Part shown: piece after piece, positions 1 to 9,663 of the stretch
Position numbering within the stretch: the first letter of the stretch is position 1
Layout: each line of letters starts with the position of its first letter
From: an uncultured Planctomycetales bacterium
GTDB taxonomy: Bacteria; Omnitrophota; Gorgyraeia; Gygaellales; Profunditerraquicolaceae
DNA length: 64,000 nt
Assembly (NCBI GenBank): GCA_964487475.1
Contig: CAZAPM010000004.1
Span: forward strand, 37,755-101,754
Reading direction: 5' to 3'
Notes under the pieces: model-generated
Databases searched by the model: none
What the model saw: the letters and a program-made list of their open reading frames with translations, nothing else
What the model was told of the DNA's origin: nothing
Position numbers and translations under genes: made by a program

Positions 1-7
1 TTCTTCA

Positions 8-586
8 TTAAAGCTTGGCGATCACCTTGCGGTTCTGCCAGAGGTAGGAAAGCCCGGAGTAAAGGGTCAGGGCGACGGTCACCGTCATCATGAAGAAAAT
101 ACCCTGGGTGAAGAACTTCTCCCAGTCGGGGTTCCAGGTGAAGAACGCCAGCATGGTCTCCTTGAAGACGATGAACCCGAGGATGAGGAAGATCACGATC
201 ATCTGGGAAAAGGTCTTATGCTTGCCGGCCTTGGCCGCCGCCAGGACCTTGCCCTTGTTCAGGGCGAAGAGACGCAGGGAAGTGATGAGGATCTCGCGGA
301 AGATGATGATCACGAACATCCAGGCATCGATGAGCTGCATCTGCACGAACGCGGCGAACGCCGCCAGCACCAGGATCTTGTCGGCGATAGGGTCCATCAG
401 TTTGCCGAAATCGGTGATCATGTTCCTTTTCTGTGCGATGCGCCCGTCAAAATAATCCGAGAGCGCGGCCAGGGCGAAGACCACCAGGCTGGTCACCTTG
501 GGAGCGAACCCGTCCCCGAAAAGGAAGAACATGAATACGAAGGTCAAGACGATCCGCAGCATGGTCAGCTTATTGGCGATATTCAA
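8..586 (-). CDS. pgsA: CDP-diacylglycerol--glycerol-3-phosphate 3-phosphatidyltransferase (CDP-alcohol phosphatidyltransferase family)
   Basis: 192-aa multi-TM protein with DYFDGRIAQK...DPIADK CDP-alcohol transferase motif; translated ORF inspection. Confidence 0.8.
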   Translation of the reverse strand: MNIANKLTMLRIVLTFVFMFFLFGDGFAPKVTSLVVFALAALSDYFDGRIAQKRNMITDFGKLMDPIADKILVLAAFAAFVQMQLIDAWMFVIIIFREILITSLRLFALNKGKVLAAAKAGKHKTFSQMIVIFLILGFIVFKETMLAFFTWNPDWEKFFTQGIFFMMTVTVALTLYSGLSYLWQNRKVIAKL

Positions 587-1848
587 TTTTGTGTCCTTTC
601 TAGCGCTTCTCCGACTAAGTCATATTCCAGCGTATCGGTGATACGCACATCGATCATGTCCCCGGGGGCCAGCGCGCGGGCGCCACGGACATAGACCATG
701 CCGTCGACCTCCGGCGCATCGTACTGGGTGCGGCCGAGGTACTCCCGGCCTTTTTTTTCGTCGATCAGCACCCGGCACACCTTCCCCATAAAACCGGCGT
801 TCACTTCCGTGGCGATCTCCTGCTGCAGCTGCATCACGGCATCGAACCGCCGCTGCTTTTCCGCCTGTCCCACCTGGCCGGGCAGCGCGAAGGCCGCAGT
901 ACCCTCTTCGCGGGAATAGATGAACGCTCCCAGGCGCTCGAAACGGGTATCCCGCATGAACTGCAGCAGCTCGGAGAACTCCTTCCGGGTCTCGGAAGGG
1001 AAGCCCACGATCACGGAAGTACGCAGCGCCGCGTCGGGAAGCTCCCGGCGCACCATATCGATAAGACGGCGCACCTGTACTGCCGTGACCCCCCGCCGCA
1101 TCGCCCGCAGTATCCTCTCGCTTACATGCTGCACGGGAATATCGATGTAACGGCAGATGCGCGGCTCGTCCTGCATCAGCTTGAGCAGGTCCCTGATCAC
1201 CGGATGCGGATACAGATACAGCAGCCGAAACCACTGCACCCGGGGAGAGGCCTTGAGCAGCCGGGAAAGCATCCACGGCAAACGCCGCTGCCGGAAAAGG
1301 TCAAGCCCCCAGCCGCTGATATCCTGGCCGATCACCACCAGTTCTTTGACCCCTGCGGCATCAAGTTCTTTAGCCCGGCCCAGCAGCTTCGGCAATCGCA
1401 GGCTCTCATACGCCCCCTTGATCCTGGGGATCGCGCAGAAACTGCACCGGTGCACGCACCCCTCGGAGATCTTGAGATACGCGTAATGCGACGGGGTGAG
1501 CGCTTCCCTCTCCTGGCCCTTGCCGGCCAGGGGAAGTTTTCCGATGAAGGCGTCCACTTCCGGGAACTCTTTGGCAAGCTGGCGGCCGTACCGCTGCGCC
1601 AGGCACCCCGCGACCAGCACTTTCTTGAGCTTGCCCTGCTTCTTCAGCTCGATCGCGGAAAGGATGGCCTCGATGGACTCCTTCTTGGCATCCTCGATGA
1701 AGGCGCAGGTGTTGATCAGGGCGATATCCGCGTGCGAGACCTCGCTGATACGGTACCCTTTTTGACGCAGGTCCGCTGCCAGATGCTCGGAATCCACCAG
1801 ATTCCGCGGGCAGCCCAGACTCAAAATACCCGCCCGCTTCATGCCCAT
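583..1848 (-). CDS. rimO: Ribosomal protein S12 methylthiotransferase (MiaB-family radical SAM, MTTase N-term + TRAM C-term)
   Basis: N-terminal LGCPRN...INTCAF methylthiotransferase domain, CxxxCxxC radical SAM motif (GCVHRCSFC), C-terminal TRAM-like region; 4-bp overlap with pgsA. Confidence 0.8.
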   Translation of the reverse strand: MGMKRAGILSLGCPRNLVDSEHLAADLRQKGYRISEVSHADIALINTCAFIEDAKKESIEAILSAIELKKQGKLKKVLVAGCLAQRYGRQLAKEFPEVDAFIGKLPLAGKGQEREALTPSHYAYLKISEGCVHRCSFCAIPRIKGAYESLRLPKLLGRAKELDAAGVKELVVIGQDISGWGLDLFRQRRLPWMLSRLLKASPRVQWFRLLYLYPHPVIRDLLKLMQDEPRICRYIDIPVQHVSERILRAMRRGVTAVQVRRLIDMVRRELPDAALRTSVIVGFPSETRKEFSELLQFMRDTRFERLGAFIYSREEGTAAFALPGQVGQAEKQRRFDAVMQLQQEIATEVNAGFMGKVCRVLIDEKKGREYLGRTQYDAPEVDGMVYVRGARALAPGDMIDVRITDTLEYDLVGEALERTQN

Positions 1849-1851
1849 ATG

Positions 1852-2664
1852 CTAAAGAACGGTCACGCCCTCTTTGGTGATCACCACGTTCTTGCGGCCG
1901 GAGGAACGCCCCCCGAAAGGCGGGATCGCGCGGCCGTTGACCTCAAGACTGACCGCATTGGCGTTACCCAGCACCAGCTCGAGCTTCTCCTTCGCCGACC
2001 AGGATTCGAAACGCCCGCGCTTCAATATCCCCTGGAACACCGCCTGCCCGTCGTTCTTCACCTGCACATAACAATCCTGTTTGGCCCGCACCGTCACCCG
2101 CACCATCGCCGCCGGCTTCTCTTCCTGTGCGGCGGCCTTGACGGCCGATTCCTGCGACGCGGCTTTTTCCTTCTTCACGGGAAGGGCGGAGACCGCCTTC
2201 TTCTCCCGCAACGCCGCCGGAGAAGACGCCTTCGGCCGCGAGGACATCACCTGCCGGCGCTGCCCCAGGAACAAAGCGAACTGCACCAGCAGGAATATCC
2301 CGGCGATCACCGCAAAGACCACGCCGATCAGTTTCCACGGCAGCGGCTTGGCCGGACCCTTGAGGGACACCCCCGCGGAAGAGGACTCGGCCTTGGATAC
2401 CGGCACCTCGACCCCCGACCTGCCCAGACGCACCGTCGGACGAGGTTCGGAATAGTTGGGGATCACCTCCGCCGGGTCCACTCCCAGGAACTTACAGTAC
2501 AATTTAAGGAACCCTTTCATGTAGACCGGGTTCAGGTTCGCCAGATTCTCCTCTTCGATCGCCTTGAGCACCGAAGGATGGATCTTGGTCTTCTCGTGCA
2601 CCTCATCCAGGCTCAAGCCCTTCTCCAAACGCACCTGCTTTAAACGAGCACCCTGCGATTCCAT
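1852..2664 (-). CDS. rodZ: RodZ-like cytoskeleton protein (XRE HTH + TM + C-terminal DUF4115-like)
   Basis: N-terminal HTH (LKQVRLEKGLSLDEVHEKTKI), central TM helix, Pro/Ala-rich linker, C-terminal beta domain. Confidence 0.7.
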   Translation of the reverse strand: MESQGARLKQVRLEKGLSLDEVHEKTKIHPSVLKAIEEENLANLNPVYMKGFLKLYCKFLGVDPAEVIPNYSEPRPTVRLGRSGVEVPVSKAESSSAGVSLKGPAKPLPWKLIGVVFAVIAGIFLLVQFALFLGQRRQVMSSRPKASSPAALREKKAVSALPVKKEKAASQESAVKAAAQEEKPAAMVRVTVRAKQDCYVQVKNDGQAVFQGILKRGRFESWSAKEKLELVLGNANAVSLEVNGRAIPPFGGRSSGRKNVVITKEGVTVL

Positions 2665-2667
2665 ATG

Positions 2668-4881
2668 TTACACGCCCTCCTGCTGCACCTGCGGCTTCAT
2701 GGACATGTGTTCCCGCAGCCATGCCTCGCGGTCAACCGTGATCCGGCGCGGCTTGCTGCCTTCGAATGGACCGACCAACCCCTCCGACTCCATCATATCG
2801 ATAAGCCGGGCGGCGCGGGTATACCCTAACCGCAGGCGGCGCTGGATGATCGACACCGAGGCCTGGCCGGTCTCCATGACCACCCTCACCCCCTCATCGA
2901 ACATCTCGTCCTTCTCGCCGCTGATGCCGGCAGCCGCACGCTGCTGCTCGTTCAGTATCTCTTCGTTGTACACCGGCTCCGCCTGCTTCTTGATGAAATC
3001 GACGATCCGCTCTATCTCCTGGTCCTTGACCAGCGCTCCCTGGGCCCGGGTAAGATGCTCCTCTCCGGGTTTAAGGAAAAGCATATCCCCGCGTCCCAGC
3101 AGCTTGTCCGCGCCGTTTCCGTCGAGCACGGTACGGGAATCGACCTTGGAAGCCACCTTGAAGGAGATACGCGCCGGGAAATTCGCCTTGATGACGCCGG
3201 TGACCACGTCCACGGAAGGACGCTGGGTCGCCATCACCAGGTGAATACCCACGGCGCGGGACAACTGCGCCAGGCGGGTGATCGCGCCTTCGATCTGGTC
3301 GCGGGCCACGATCATCAGATCCGCCATCTCGTCGATGATCACCACGATGTAGGGCATTTTTGAATCTTTGCGTTTTTCGTTGTACGCGGCGATGTTGCGC
3401 GCGCCGGCCTCGGAGAGGCGCTGATAACGCTCCTCCATTTCCGAAACGACCCAGGCCAGGGCCACGGAAGCTTTTTTCGCGTCGGTGACCACCGGACAGA
3501 GCAGATGCGGCAAACCGTTATACGGGGCCAGCTCCACCATTTTCGGATCGACCATGACGAATTTAAGGTCCTGCGGAGGATACTTCATCAGCAGGGAAAC
3601 GATCAGGGTGTTGACGCACACCGTTTTCCCCGAACCCGTCGTCCCGGCGATAAGCATATGCGGCATACCGCTTAAGTCAGCCATCACCGGCACGCCGGCG
3701 ATATCCTTACCCAGAGCCAGCATCAGACTCGCCTTCGCCTCCTGGAAATCCTTGGTCGCCAGCACATCCTTAAGATACACCATACTGGCTTTTTTATTGG
3801 GGATCTCCACCCCCACCCGGGCTTTGCCCGGGATCGGCGCCAGGATCCTGATGGAAGGGGCCTTCAATGCCAGGGCGATATCATCCTCCAGCGCCACGAT
3901 CCGGTTAAGTTTCACGCCGGGCGCGGGCTCGAGTTCATAACGGGTGATGACCGGGCCGGGCATGATATCCGTCACCTTGACCTCGATGCCGAAATCGCTC
4001 ATGGTCTCTTCCAGGGTGCGGGCATTTCCCTCGAGATCATCGAGCATCTGCTTCTGGTCGAACGCCGGAGGGGTATCCAACAGGTCAAGGGAAGGAAGCT
4101 GATATTCACCGGCCTGCATCTGCGCGGCGGCAGCTTTCGGCTTCGGGTCCCGGACCTCGGCTTTCTGCGCCATCGCCGGCATCAGGATCTTCGGCTTCGA
4201 AGGCTCTGCCGCCTTGAACGGCAGCGGCGCCGGCTCATCAGCCGGGATACGGCCAGGCTTCACGGGCTTGACCGCAGGCTTCTTCTGGGATGATCCGGGT
4301 TTGGGAAGCGGCAAAGGGATCCGGAAAGTCCCCTTGCACCACGGGAACCCGGATTCTTTGCATTTCTCGATCAGGGAGAACACCAGGGAGGAAATAAGCA
4401 CTTCGGTGACCAGGGCGAAGGAAAGGATCAGCAACGTCGAGAAGAGTATCCCTGCCCCCAGCCTTCCGAAATAATTGATGACGAAGGAGGAAACGGCAAA
4501 CCCCATATACCCGCCGTAGGAGAATTGCAGCGCCTTGTTGAGAGGCTGCAGCATCCCCGCCAGGCAGCTCAAGGAGACGATGCACACCCCCAGGCCGATC
4601 ATGCGGGCCGGGCGGATATCGGGGATCTCCTGGCGGAAAAGACGCACCCCCAGATAAAGCATGAACGCGGGGATCACGTACGCTGCCCAGCCGAAAAGGA
4701 ACAGGAGCGCTCCGGCAAGATATGCGCCGAATCCCCGGATCCAGTTCCTGGGAGGTACGTTCGGGTCGGAAGTATAAAAAGAAAGATCAAAGGGGTTGAA
4801 GGAGATCAGGCTCGCCAGCACTATCAGGCCGGCGGCGATCAACACCACCCCTTTGATCTCGTTTAGGCGTTTAGCATTCAT
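2668..4881 (-). CDS. ftsK: DNA translocase FtsK/SpoIIIE
   Basis: 737 aa; N-terminal 4 TM segments, Pro-rich linker, Walker A GTTGSGKT, C-terminal FtsK-gamma winged helix. Confidence 0.9.
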   Translation of the reverse strand: MNAKRLNEIKGVVLIAAGLIVLASLISFNPFDLSFYTSDPNVPPRNWIRGFGAYLAGALLFLFGWAAYVIPAFMLYLGVRLFRQEIPDIRPARMIGLGVCIVSLSCLAGMLQPLNKALQFSYGGYMGFAVSSFVINYFGRLGAGILFSTLLILSFALVTEVLISSLVFSLIEKCKESGFPWCKGTFRIPLPLPKPGSSQKKPAVKPVKPGRIPADEPAPLPFKAAEPSKPKILMPAMAQKAEVRDPKPKAAAAQMQAGEYQLPSLDLLDTPPAFDQKQMLDDLEGNARTLEETMSDFGIEVKVTDIMPGPVITRYELEPAPGVKLNRIVALEDDIALALKAPSIRILAPIPGKARVGVEIPNKKASMVYLKDVLATKDFQEAKASLMLALGKDIAGVPVMADLSGMPHMLIAGTTGSGKTVCVNTLIVSLLMKYPPQDLKFVMVDPKMVELAPYNGLPHLLCPVVTDAKKASVALAWVVSEMEERYQRLSEAGARNIAAYNEKRKDSKMPYIVVIIDEMADLMIVARDQIEGAITRLAQLSRAVGIHLVMATQRPSVDVVTGVIKANFPARISFKVASKVDSRTVLDGNGADKLLGRGDMLFLKPGEEHLTRAQGALVKDQEIERIVDFIKKQAEPVYNEEILNEQQRAAAGISGEKDEMFDEGVRVVMETGQASVSIIQRRLRLGYTRAARLIDMMESEGLVGPFEGSKPRRITVDREAWLREHMSMKPQVQQEGV

Positions 4882-4905
4882 GCGTTGCGCGCGACGCGCG
4901 GCACA

Positions 4906-7062
4906 CTATCTTCCCCGGCCCCTGCCTCTGTCCCGGTCCCGGTTATCGCGGTCTCCCCGCTCTCTCGGCTTTTCATCCTCGGGAGGAAGATTGGCCGGCC
5001 GCTCTTCGGTCGCTTTCTTGCTTAAGTTGATACGACCCAGCTCGTCGACGCCGATGACCTTGACCTTGAACTCGTCGCCGATCTTGACCACGCTCTCCAC
5101 GTCCTTGACGTAGGTGTGGGAAAGTTCGGAAACGTGCACCAGGCCTTCCTTGCCCGGCGCGATCTCGCAGAACGCACCGAAGTTCATGATACGCTTTACC
5201 TTGGCCGGATAGACCTTACCCACCTCGACCTCTTCGGTCAGGGCCTTGATCATCTGGATGGCTTCCGCGGACTTGGCGGAATCGGTATGGGACACGTAGA
5301 CCGTGCCGTCATCCTGGATATCGATCCCGGCGCCGGTCGCGGCGATGATCTTCTTGATGGTCTTGCCTCCGGGCCCGATCAATCCGCCGATCTTCTCGGT
5401 GTTGATCTTGAGCACTTCCATACGGGGCGCGAACGCCGAAAGCTCGGGCCGCGGCGCGGCAAGCGCTTCGTTCATCTTGCCGAGTATGAAATGGCGTCCG
5501 TCGCGGGACTGCGCCAGGCAGCGGGCCAGAAGATCGAGGGATATCCCGTTGATCTTCAGGTCGAGCTGCACCGCGGTCATCCCGTTCTTGGTGCCAGCAA
5601 CTTTGAAATCCATATCCCCGAAATGATCCTCCACTCCGGCGATATCGGTCAACACGATCTCCTTGGACCCTTCCTTGACCAGCCCCATCGCGATACCGGA
5701 AACCGGCTCTTTGATCGGCACGCCGGCATCCATCAACGAAAGGGATGTCGCGCACACCGTGGCCATGCTGGAAGAACCGTTGGATTCCAGGATCTCGGAA
5801 ACCACGCGGACCGTATAAGGGAACTGCTCCTTCTGCGGCATCACGGTGACCAGGGATTTCTCCGCCAGCGCACCGTGCCCGATCTCCCGGCGCCCCGCGC
5901 CGCGCATCGGCCCGGTCTCGCCCACGGAGAAAGGAGGGAAATTGTAGTGCAGCATGAAGGTCTTGTGCCGCTCGCCTTCCAGCGCTTCGACCAGCTGCTC
6001 GTCGTCACCGGTACCCAGCGTGGTGACGCAAAGGCTCTGGGTCTGCCCGCGGGTGAAAAGGCCCGACCCGTGGGTGCGGGGCAGAAAGGACACCTCGCAG
6101 GTGATGGGACGGATCTCGGTAAAGGACCGGCCGTCCACCCGCTTGCCCTCTTCGGCGATCATGCGCCTTACCTGATTCTTCTCGACCTCCACCAGCGCGG
6201 ATTTCACCATGCCGGGGGTGACCGTCTCGCTGACGAACTGGGATTCCAGCTCCTTGGCCAGAAGATCGACCTGATCCTCGCGGGATTCCTTCTTCCCTAA
6301 GGTATAGATCGCCTTAAGCTTCTCGGAAGCCGCCGCCTCGACCTGCCGGGAAAGCGCCTCGTCGACATGCTTGACGTCGCCTTTCACCTTGGGCTTCCCG
6401 AACGCCTTGACCAGCTCGTGCTGAAAACGCAAAAGGTCCTGCAGCGCATCGACGCCGAACTTGACCGCCTGCACGTAGAGCTCTTCCGAGATCTCCTTGC
6501 ACTTGGACTCCAGCATCATCACGCCGTTCTCGTTCGCCGCAATGACAACCTCCAATTCCGACTGCTCGATTTCGGCATAGGTCGGATTGAGGACGAATTC
6601 ATTGTTCACTCGGGCCACCCGGCAGCAGGCCAAAGGCCCCTGGAACGGGATGTCCGAAATCGAAAGCGCGGCAGAAGCGCCGGTCACGGCCAGCACATCC
6701 GGATCATTCTCCCCGTCGCTGGAAAGCACCACCGCGACGATCTGGACCTCGTTAAGGAAGCCCGCGGGGAACAAAGGCCTGATGGGCCGGTCGATAAGAC
6801 GGGCCGTCAACACTTCGCTCTCGGAGGGCTTTCCTTCGCGTTTGAAGAACCCGCCCGGGATGCGGCCTGCAGCATAGGTCTTCTCCTGGTACTCGACGGT
6901 AAGCGGGAAGAAATCCTGCCCCTCCCGCACCTTCTTCGACAAACAGGCGGTGACCAGCACCACCGTGCCGCCGTACTGCACCATTACCGAACCGTTAGCC
7001 TGCTTGGCGACCTTGCCGGTATCAATATGTAATTCATTTCTGCCGAACTTAGTATTCATCAA
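4906..7062 (-). CDS. pnp: Polynucleotide phosphorylase (PNPase) with Arg-rich C-terminal tail
   Basis: Two RNase PH domains, KH and S1 domains; strong similarity to PNPase N-terminus (FGRNELHIDTGKVAKQANGSVMV); C-terminal RERGDRDNRDRDRGRGRGR tail. Confidence 0.95.
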   Translation of the reverse strand: MMNTKFGRNELHIDTGKVAKQANGSVMVQYGGTVVLVTACLSKKVREGQDFFPLTVEYQEKTYAAGRIPGGFFKREGKPSESEVLTARLIDRPIRPLFPAGFLNEVQIVAVVLSSDGENDPDVLAVTGASAALSISDIPFQGPLACCRVARVNNEFVLNPTYAEIEQSELEVVIAANENGVMMLESKCKEISEELYVQAVKFGVDALQDLLRFQHELVKAFGKPKVKGDVKHVDEALSRQVEAAASEKLKAIYTLGKKESREDQVDLLAKELESQFVSETVTPGMVKSALVEVEKNQVRRMIAEEGKRVDGRSFTEIRPITCEVSFLPRTHGSGLFTRGQTQSLCVTTLGTGDDEQLVEALEGERHKTFMLHYNFPPFSVGETGPMRGAGRREIGHGALAEKSLVTVMPQKEQFPYTVRVVSEILESNGSSSMATVCATSLSLMDAGVPIKEPVSGIAMGLVKEGSKEIVLTDIAGVEDHFGDMDFKVAGTKNGMTAVQLDLKINGISLDLLARCLAQSRDGRHFILGKMNEALAAPRPELSAFAPRMEVLKINTEKIGGLIGPGGKTIKKIIAATGAGIDIQDDGTVYVSHTDSAKSAEAIQMIKALTEEVEVGKVYPAKVKRIMNFGAFCEIAPGKEGLVHVSELSHTYVKDVESVVKIGDEFKVKVIGVDELGRINLSKKATEERPANLPPEDEKPRERGDRDNRDRDRGRGRGR

Positions 7063-7111
7063 AACATTCCTTAGTTTTAGTGTGACTGCCTGAAGCGGGG
7101 AACGTCCACGC

Positions 7112-7390
7112 TTACTTTCTTAAACTGAGCTTCTCAAGAATCCCCTCGTATTTCTTGAGGTCCTTCTTCTTGAGGTAATTCAAGAGCCGGCGACGTTTCC
7201 CTACGAGGCTTAAGAGCCCGCGGCGGGAGTTATGGTCTTTATTATGGCCTTTGAAATGCTCGCTGAGGTTATTGATCCGTTCCGTCAGAAGCGCGATCTG
7301 CACTTCCGCAGAGCCGGTGTCCTTTGCATGGACCTTGTGATCGCTGATGATCTTGGTTTTCTTTTCCTTTACCAGAGCCAACGTATTCAC
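7112..7390 (-). CDS. rpsO: 30S ribosomal protein S15
   Basis: 92-aa ORF with conserved S15 core (HSRRGLL...RRRLLNYL); the ORF begins with a poorly placed GTG, so the true start may be the TTG at ~7381, which has an AAAGGGG RBS. Confidence 0.9.
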   Translation of the reverse strand: MNTLALVKEKKTKIISDHKVHAKDTGSAEVQIALLTERINNLSEHFKGHNKDHNSRRGLLSLVGKRRRLLNYLKKKDLKKYEGILEKLSLRK

Positions 7391-7416
7391 CCCCTTTTCA
7401 GTTACAAGTTCATTTC

Positions 7417-7445
7417 ATTATACGAAAAAAACGCAACCTCGTCAA
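7417..7445 (-). promoter_or_regulatory. sigma70-type promoter for rpsO-pnp (TTGACG-N17-TATAAT on minus strand)
   Basis: minus-strand reading: TTGACGaggttgcgtttttttcgTATAAT about 35 nt upstream of rpsO start. Confidence 0.6.
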
Positions 7446-7829
7446 CAACACAATAGGAAGTCCCGGGACTGTCACACGGCCGGGGAACCGGCCATTCGGG
7501 AGGAATATCGAGCGCCGCAGAATACTTCAAAGGAGGGTGTTGCTTGCCCTACGTTCTTTGCGAACCCTGCTTCCTTCTTTCCTATATAGTTATCTGGAGT
7601 ATACCACAATCAGGGCCGAGTGCAAGGATTTTTTTCCCCTCCGGCTGCCGCCTTTCAGGAACACGGCGCATCCATACCGGATAAACATCCGTTCTGTTTA
7701 TAGATTATTCATTAACAAATAGTAGCGGTAATGGTAGATAATTGATCTTCTTTGTTGGAAAATAACGGTTTTTATGCGCATAATAACAACCAATTATCTT
7801 TTATTTCGAACTATTTAAGTAGAAATTTA

Positions 7830-7857
7830 TTGACTTTCTGGCGGTATATCGTACACT
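7830..7857 (+). promoter_or_regulatory. putative sigma70 promoter (TTGACT-N16-TACACT) immediately upstream of XRE-cupin regulator; transcript would be near-leaderless
   Basis: TTGACTttctggcggtatatcgTACACTtaatatATG; ATG at 7864 lies ~7 nt after the -10. Confidence 0.4.
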
Positions 7858-7863
7858 TAATAT

Positions 7864-8442
7864 ATGAAGCTGCACGAAAAGATCAGGAAGATCCGCAAGG
7901 AAAAAGGGCTTACGATGCGCCAGCTCGAGGCCAGGCTGCGGGAAGTGTTTGCCGATAAGGCACTGCGGTATAATACGCTTTACCGCATTGAAAAAGGCCT
8001 TCGCGACGCGCGCATCTCCTCCCTGACGCAGATATGCGCCGGGCTGGGCGTTACCCTGCGCGACCTCAAGGAAGGAACCGATGCCGAACCCTCGACCGAT
8101 ATCGACCTGATCCGTAAACGCGAAAAATACGCCCAGTACGTATACTCCGAAAAAGCGGCGGCCCAGATACTGACCAAGGAACGCCAGCCCTTCCTGGGGA
8201 TCAGGCTCTCCCTCCAGCCTTCGGGGAAAACCCCCCTGGAACAGGATCCCGAGGAAAAAGGGGTCTTTCAGAAATGGGTGTACGGGTTGCGGGGGAAGTT
8301 CGTCTGTGTGGTAGGAAAGGACCGTTTCGTGATCTCAAAGGACGAGGCAGTGTGCTTTTCCAGCAGTATCCCGCATTACTTCGAGAATCCCTATCCCCGC
8401 CCGGCGCGGTGCATCATCATCCAGAACCCAAAGCACGTTTGA
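7864..8442 (+). CDS. XRE-family HTH transcriptional regulator with C-terminal cupin domain
   Basis: N-terminal HTH_3 (IRKIRKEKGLTMRQLEARL), C-terminal cupin-like beta region; convergent 26-nt overlap with receiver gene. Confidence 0.7.
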   Translation: MKLHEKIRKIRKEKGLTMRQLEARLREVFADKALRYNTLYRIEKGLRDARISSLTQICAGLGVTLRDLKEGTDAEPSTDIDLIRKREKYAQYVYSEKAAAQILTKERQPFLGIRLSLQPSGKTPLEQDPEEKGVFQKWVYGLRGKFVCVVGKDRFVISKDEAVCFSSSIPHYFENPYPRPARCIIIQNPKHV

Positions 8443-8788
8443 TCTTGAGCTCTATCTCCTGATGCGAGTGCGATTTGAGGATATAGTCGCTCGCTCCGGC
8501 ACGGATAGCCTCATCCGCCACATCCTGGCTGTCGTACGCGGAAAGCACCAGGATCTTGGTGACCGGTGAAAACCTCATTACGTCCTTGATCACGTCGATC
8601 CCGCTCAATCCCGGCATTTTTATATCCAGCAGTACCAGGGAAAAAGACTCCTGCTTAAGCAGTTTCAGCGCCTCGGAGCCGTCTCCGACCGCCGTGCACC
8701 GAGAGGATATCTTCTTGGCCACCAGGTCGGAGAGAAAACCCCTTACCTGAGGATCATCGTCAACGATCAGTATGCGCTGCGCATCCAT
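8417..8788 (-). CDS. Stand-alone response-regulator receiver domain (CheY-like)
   Basis: 123 aa, ILIVDDDP...LLDIKMPGLSGID...LSAY receiver motifs; no output domain. Confidence 0.8.
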   Translation of the reverse strand: MDAQRILIVDDDPQVRGFLSDLVAKKISSRCTAVGDGSEALKLLKQESFSLVLLDIKMPGLSGIDVIKDVMRFSPVTKILVLSAYDSQDVADEAIRAGASDYILKSHSHQEIELKIKRALGSG

Positions 8789-8799
8789 GCCGCCCTCCT

Positions 8800-9531
8800 T
8801 CAGTATTTATAGTAATTCATCGGCACGGACTGGGAGATATATCTTACCGCCTCGATGATACACACCCGGATCGCCTTTTCCATCGGGGTGTTGGCATAGC
8901 CGGAAAGACCCGCGCCTAAGCCCCACTGGCCCAGGAATCCGGCCCCGATCGCGCCGGCCACGTCCGTGGCCGACCCCTGCACCCTGGTCGCCGCGAGCAC
9001 CTCCGAAGTGGAGGAATCGATGATGCGGATATCCAGCGCCATATGCGCCTTGTTCAGCTTCCCGCCCAGCGCGCCTCCCAGGATACCGCGCCCGACGACC
9101 CCGCCGCCGCCGATACCCGCGGCTCCGCCCGAGGCCTGCGGCTCGAACTCCGTCACCGCCGCGGTAATGATGAGGTCCGCGGTCTTGATCTGGCCCCGCT
9201 GCGGCCCGCCGGAAGCACCGGCGCCGGAAGCTGCCAGCTCCTGCTCCTGCATCACCGCCTTGAGCGCCTGGCGCTCCAGCACGGAGTAACGCCCCCCGTC
9301 AAGCAACGCGGTTACCAGCATCTCCCGCAGGCCCGAGCCGATCTCCCCTCCGGCTTTGGCGGCCTTGATATCGAAATCCGCCACCGCGATCCTGGCTTTC
9401 GGCCCGGAGTACCTAACCTGTTGCGAGCCGCCCGCCGAATTATCCACCTGCGCCTTGGGCTCGAAGAGCGCCCAGGCCGCAGAAGTCATCATAAGCACCA
9501 CCCACACCGTCACTGCCGCGATCTTCCTCAT
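8800..9531 (-). CDS. CsgG-family outer-membrane channel protein (curli production assembly/transport component-like), apparently non-lipidated
   Basis: 243 aa with signal peptide, IAVADFD..., Gly-rich GGAAGIGGGGVVGRGILGGALGG segment typical of CsgG; no N-terminal Cys lipobox. Confidence 0.65.
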   Translation of the reverse strand: MRKIAAVTVWVVLMMTSAAWALFEPKAQVDNSAGGSQQVRYSGPKARIAVADFDIKAAKAGGEIGSGLREMLVTALLDGGRYSVLERQALKAVMQEQELAASGAGASGGPQRGQIKTADLIITAAVTEFEPQASGGAAGIGGGGVVGRGILGGALGGKLNKAHMALDIRIIDSSTSEVLAATRVQGSATDVAGAIGAGFLGQWGLGAGLSGYANTPMEKAIRVCIIEAVRYISQSVPMNYYKY

Positions 9532-9546
9532 GTATACGGTCTCCTC

Positions 9547-9663
9547 TTACTTCTTACGGTTCTCGGAAATGATGATATCGAGCTTCTTGAGCACCTGCAG
9601 GGTAAAATATACGAACCAGCCCAGTGATGCCAGATACAGAATATCGCTGATGAGATATTTCAT
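9547..9663 (-). CDS. Small hydrophobic membrane peptide (38 aa) translationally coupled between mazG and csgG-like gene
   Basis: MKYLISDILYLASLGWFVYFTLQVLKKLDIIISENRKK; ATGA overlap with mazG stop, AAGGAGG RBS, 15 nt before csgG-like start; not in ORF track (<60 aa). Confidence 0.5.
   Translation of the reverse strand: MKYLISDILYLASLGWFVYFTLQVLKKLDIIISENRKK

Noticed and set aside
1126-2643. 505-aa plus-strand ORF antisense to rimO/rodZ. There are many similar long antisense ORFs, for example 5116-6300, 14339-16372, 17988-19040, 22437-23723, 28754-29932, 30711-32219, 32093-33502, 47760-49592, 50631-51713 and 55930-57324.
   Set aside because: Their products are Arg/Gly/Pro/His-rich and low in complexity, and they have no RBS. 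Each lies fully inside a strongly supported sense gene. They are typical stop-codon-poor antisense frames of a high-GC genome.
7063-7111. Possible RNase III-type hairpin in the rpsO-pnp spacer, as in E. coli.
   Set aside because: I could find only short imperfect complementarity, with no clear stem.
7347-7722. Two small ORFs (80 aa and 61 aa) inside the AT-rich island upstream of rpsO.
   Set aside because: They have no RBS and a biased, low-complexity composition, and they overlap the rpsO promoter. The region is more likely regulatory or non-coding.
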